In this document: one piece after another, positions 63,338 through 64,000 of the stretch
Layout: the number at the start of each line of letters is the position of its first letter
How positions within the stretch are numbered: the first letter of the stretch is position 1
Assembly: GCA_944329385.1 (NCBI GenBank)
Contig: CALVIE010000002.1
Location: 775-64,774 of the forward strand
Direction: 5' to 3'
Length of the DNA: 64,000 nt
Source: an uncultured Bacilli bacterium
GTDB taxonomy: Bacteria; Bacillota_I; Bacilli_A; RF39; UBA660
Program-made: the position numbers and the translations under genes
The notes under the pieces: model-generated
The model's database searches: none
Told to the model about the DNA's origin: nothing
The model's input: the letters and a program-made list of their open reading frames with translations, nothing else

Positions 63338-64000
63338 ATGATTAAAGTTATGACTGTTTTTGGAACAAGGCCTGAGGCTATTAAGATGGCTCCTTTGGTT
63401 AAGGAACTTAAAAAAAGAGAAAATATTTCTTGTATTGTTTGTGTGACAGCTCAGCATAGAGAAATGCTTGATCAAGTACTTGAGGTTTTTGGTATTGTAC
63501 CTGATTACGATTTGGATATTATGAAAAAAAATCAAACTCTTGCAGGCATTACTACTAGAGCTTTGCTTGGACTTGAAGAGGTTATTAACAAAGAAAAACC
63601 GGATATTGTACTAGTACATGGAGATACTACTACGACTTTCGCAGGGGCTTTAGCGGCTTTTTATAATCAGGTTGATATTGGTCATGTGGAAGCTGGTTTA
63701 AGAACTTGGAACAAATATTCACCATTTCCTGAGGAAATGAATAGACAGATGGTGGATAGAGTTACTGATATGTTTTTCGCACCTACGGATATAAGTAAGA
63801 ATAATTTACTTAAAGAAGATGTTTTAGAAAGTAAAATATATGTTACAGGTAATACTGCGATTGATGCGATGGCAACAACGATTAAAGAAGATTATAAAAA
63901 TGAAATATTTGATTGGATTGGAAATGATAGGATGATTTTACTTACAGCTCATCGTAGAGAAAATTTGGGTGATCCAATGCGTCATATTTTTAGAGCGATT
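63338..64000 (+). CDS. mnaA: UDP-N-acetylglucosamine 2-epimerase (3' end outside window)
   Basis: The frame is open to the window end and absent from the ORF track. MIKVMTVFGTRPEAIKMAPL...HGDTTTTFAGALAAFYNQVDIGHVEAGLRT...PFPEEMNR. RBS aaggag. Confidence 0.9.
   Translation, partial: MIKVMTVFGTRPEAIKMAPLVKELKKRENISCIVCVTAQHREMLDQVLEVFGIVPDYDLDIMKKNQTLAGITTRALLGLEEVINKEKPDIVLVHGDTTTTFAGALAAFYNQVDIGHVEAGLRTWNKYSPFPEEMNRQMVDRVTDMFFAPTDISKNNLLKEDVLESKIYVTGNTAIDAMATTIKEDYKNEIFDWIGNDRMILLTAHRRENLGDPMRHIFRAI

Overview
AT-rich chromosomal window from a low-GC Firmicute, probably an Erysipelotrichia- or Clostridia-like spore-former; this placement rests on the spoIIAA-sigF-spoVA synteny and the EF-Tu/EF-G sequences and is an inference. 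Nearly all genes are on the + strand. The housekeeping backbone includes ftsK, uvrA, rpsL-rpsG-fusA-tuf, hisS-aspS, a ttcA-like gene, rnhC, trxA, comEB, lspA and rluD. Several accessory or envelope loci interrupt it: (1) four head-to-tail DUF1016/YhcG-type PD-(D/E)XK nuclease paralogs (9.4-13.0 kb) with near-identical ends and a hypervariable centre. Each copy carries a different GC-rich palindrome at exactly the same codon. (2) A radical-SAM/SPASM RiPP-like operon (49.99-55.56 kb): 44-aa precursor, maturase, small P-loop NTPase, HelD-like helicase, standalone C39-like peptidase and HAD hydrolase. It lies with a decayed ISAs1-type transposase inside a 6.7-kb segment bounded by 22-bp direct repeats. 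(3) A Kdo (kdsA/kdsC/kdsD plus cytidylyltransferase) wall-polysaccharide locus linked to tagA/mnaA. (4) A sortase-B/IPQTG adhesin pair, a GH73 autolysin, a ricin-lectin/GH25 muramidase with three near-identical 456-bp repeats, and a kinase-less six-PASTA membrane protein. (5) A spoIIA-like operon lacking the SpoIIAB anti-sigma kinase. (6) A locally GC-rich 3' gene end at the left edge. No rRNA, tRNA or CRISPR array was seen. All calls rest on reading the ORF translations and the DNA by eye; no searches were run.
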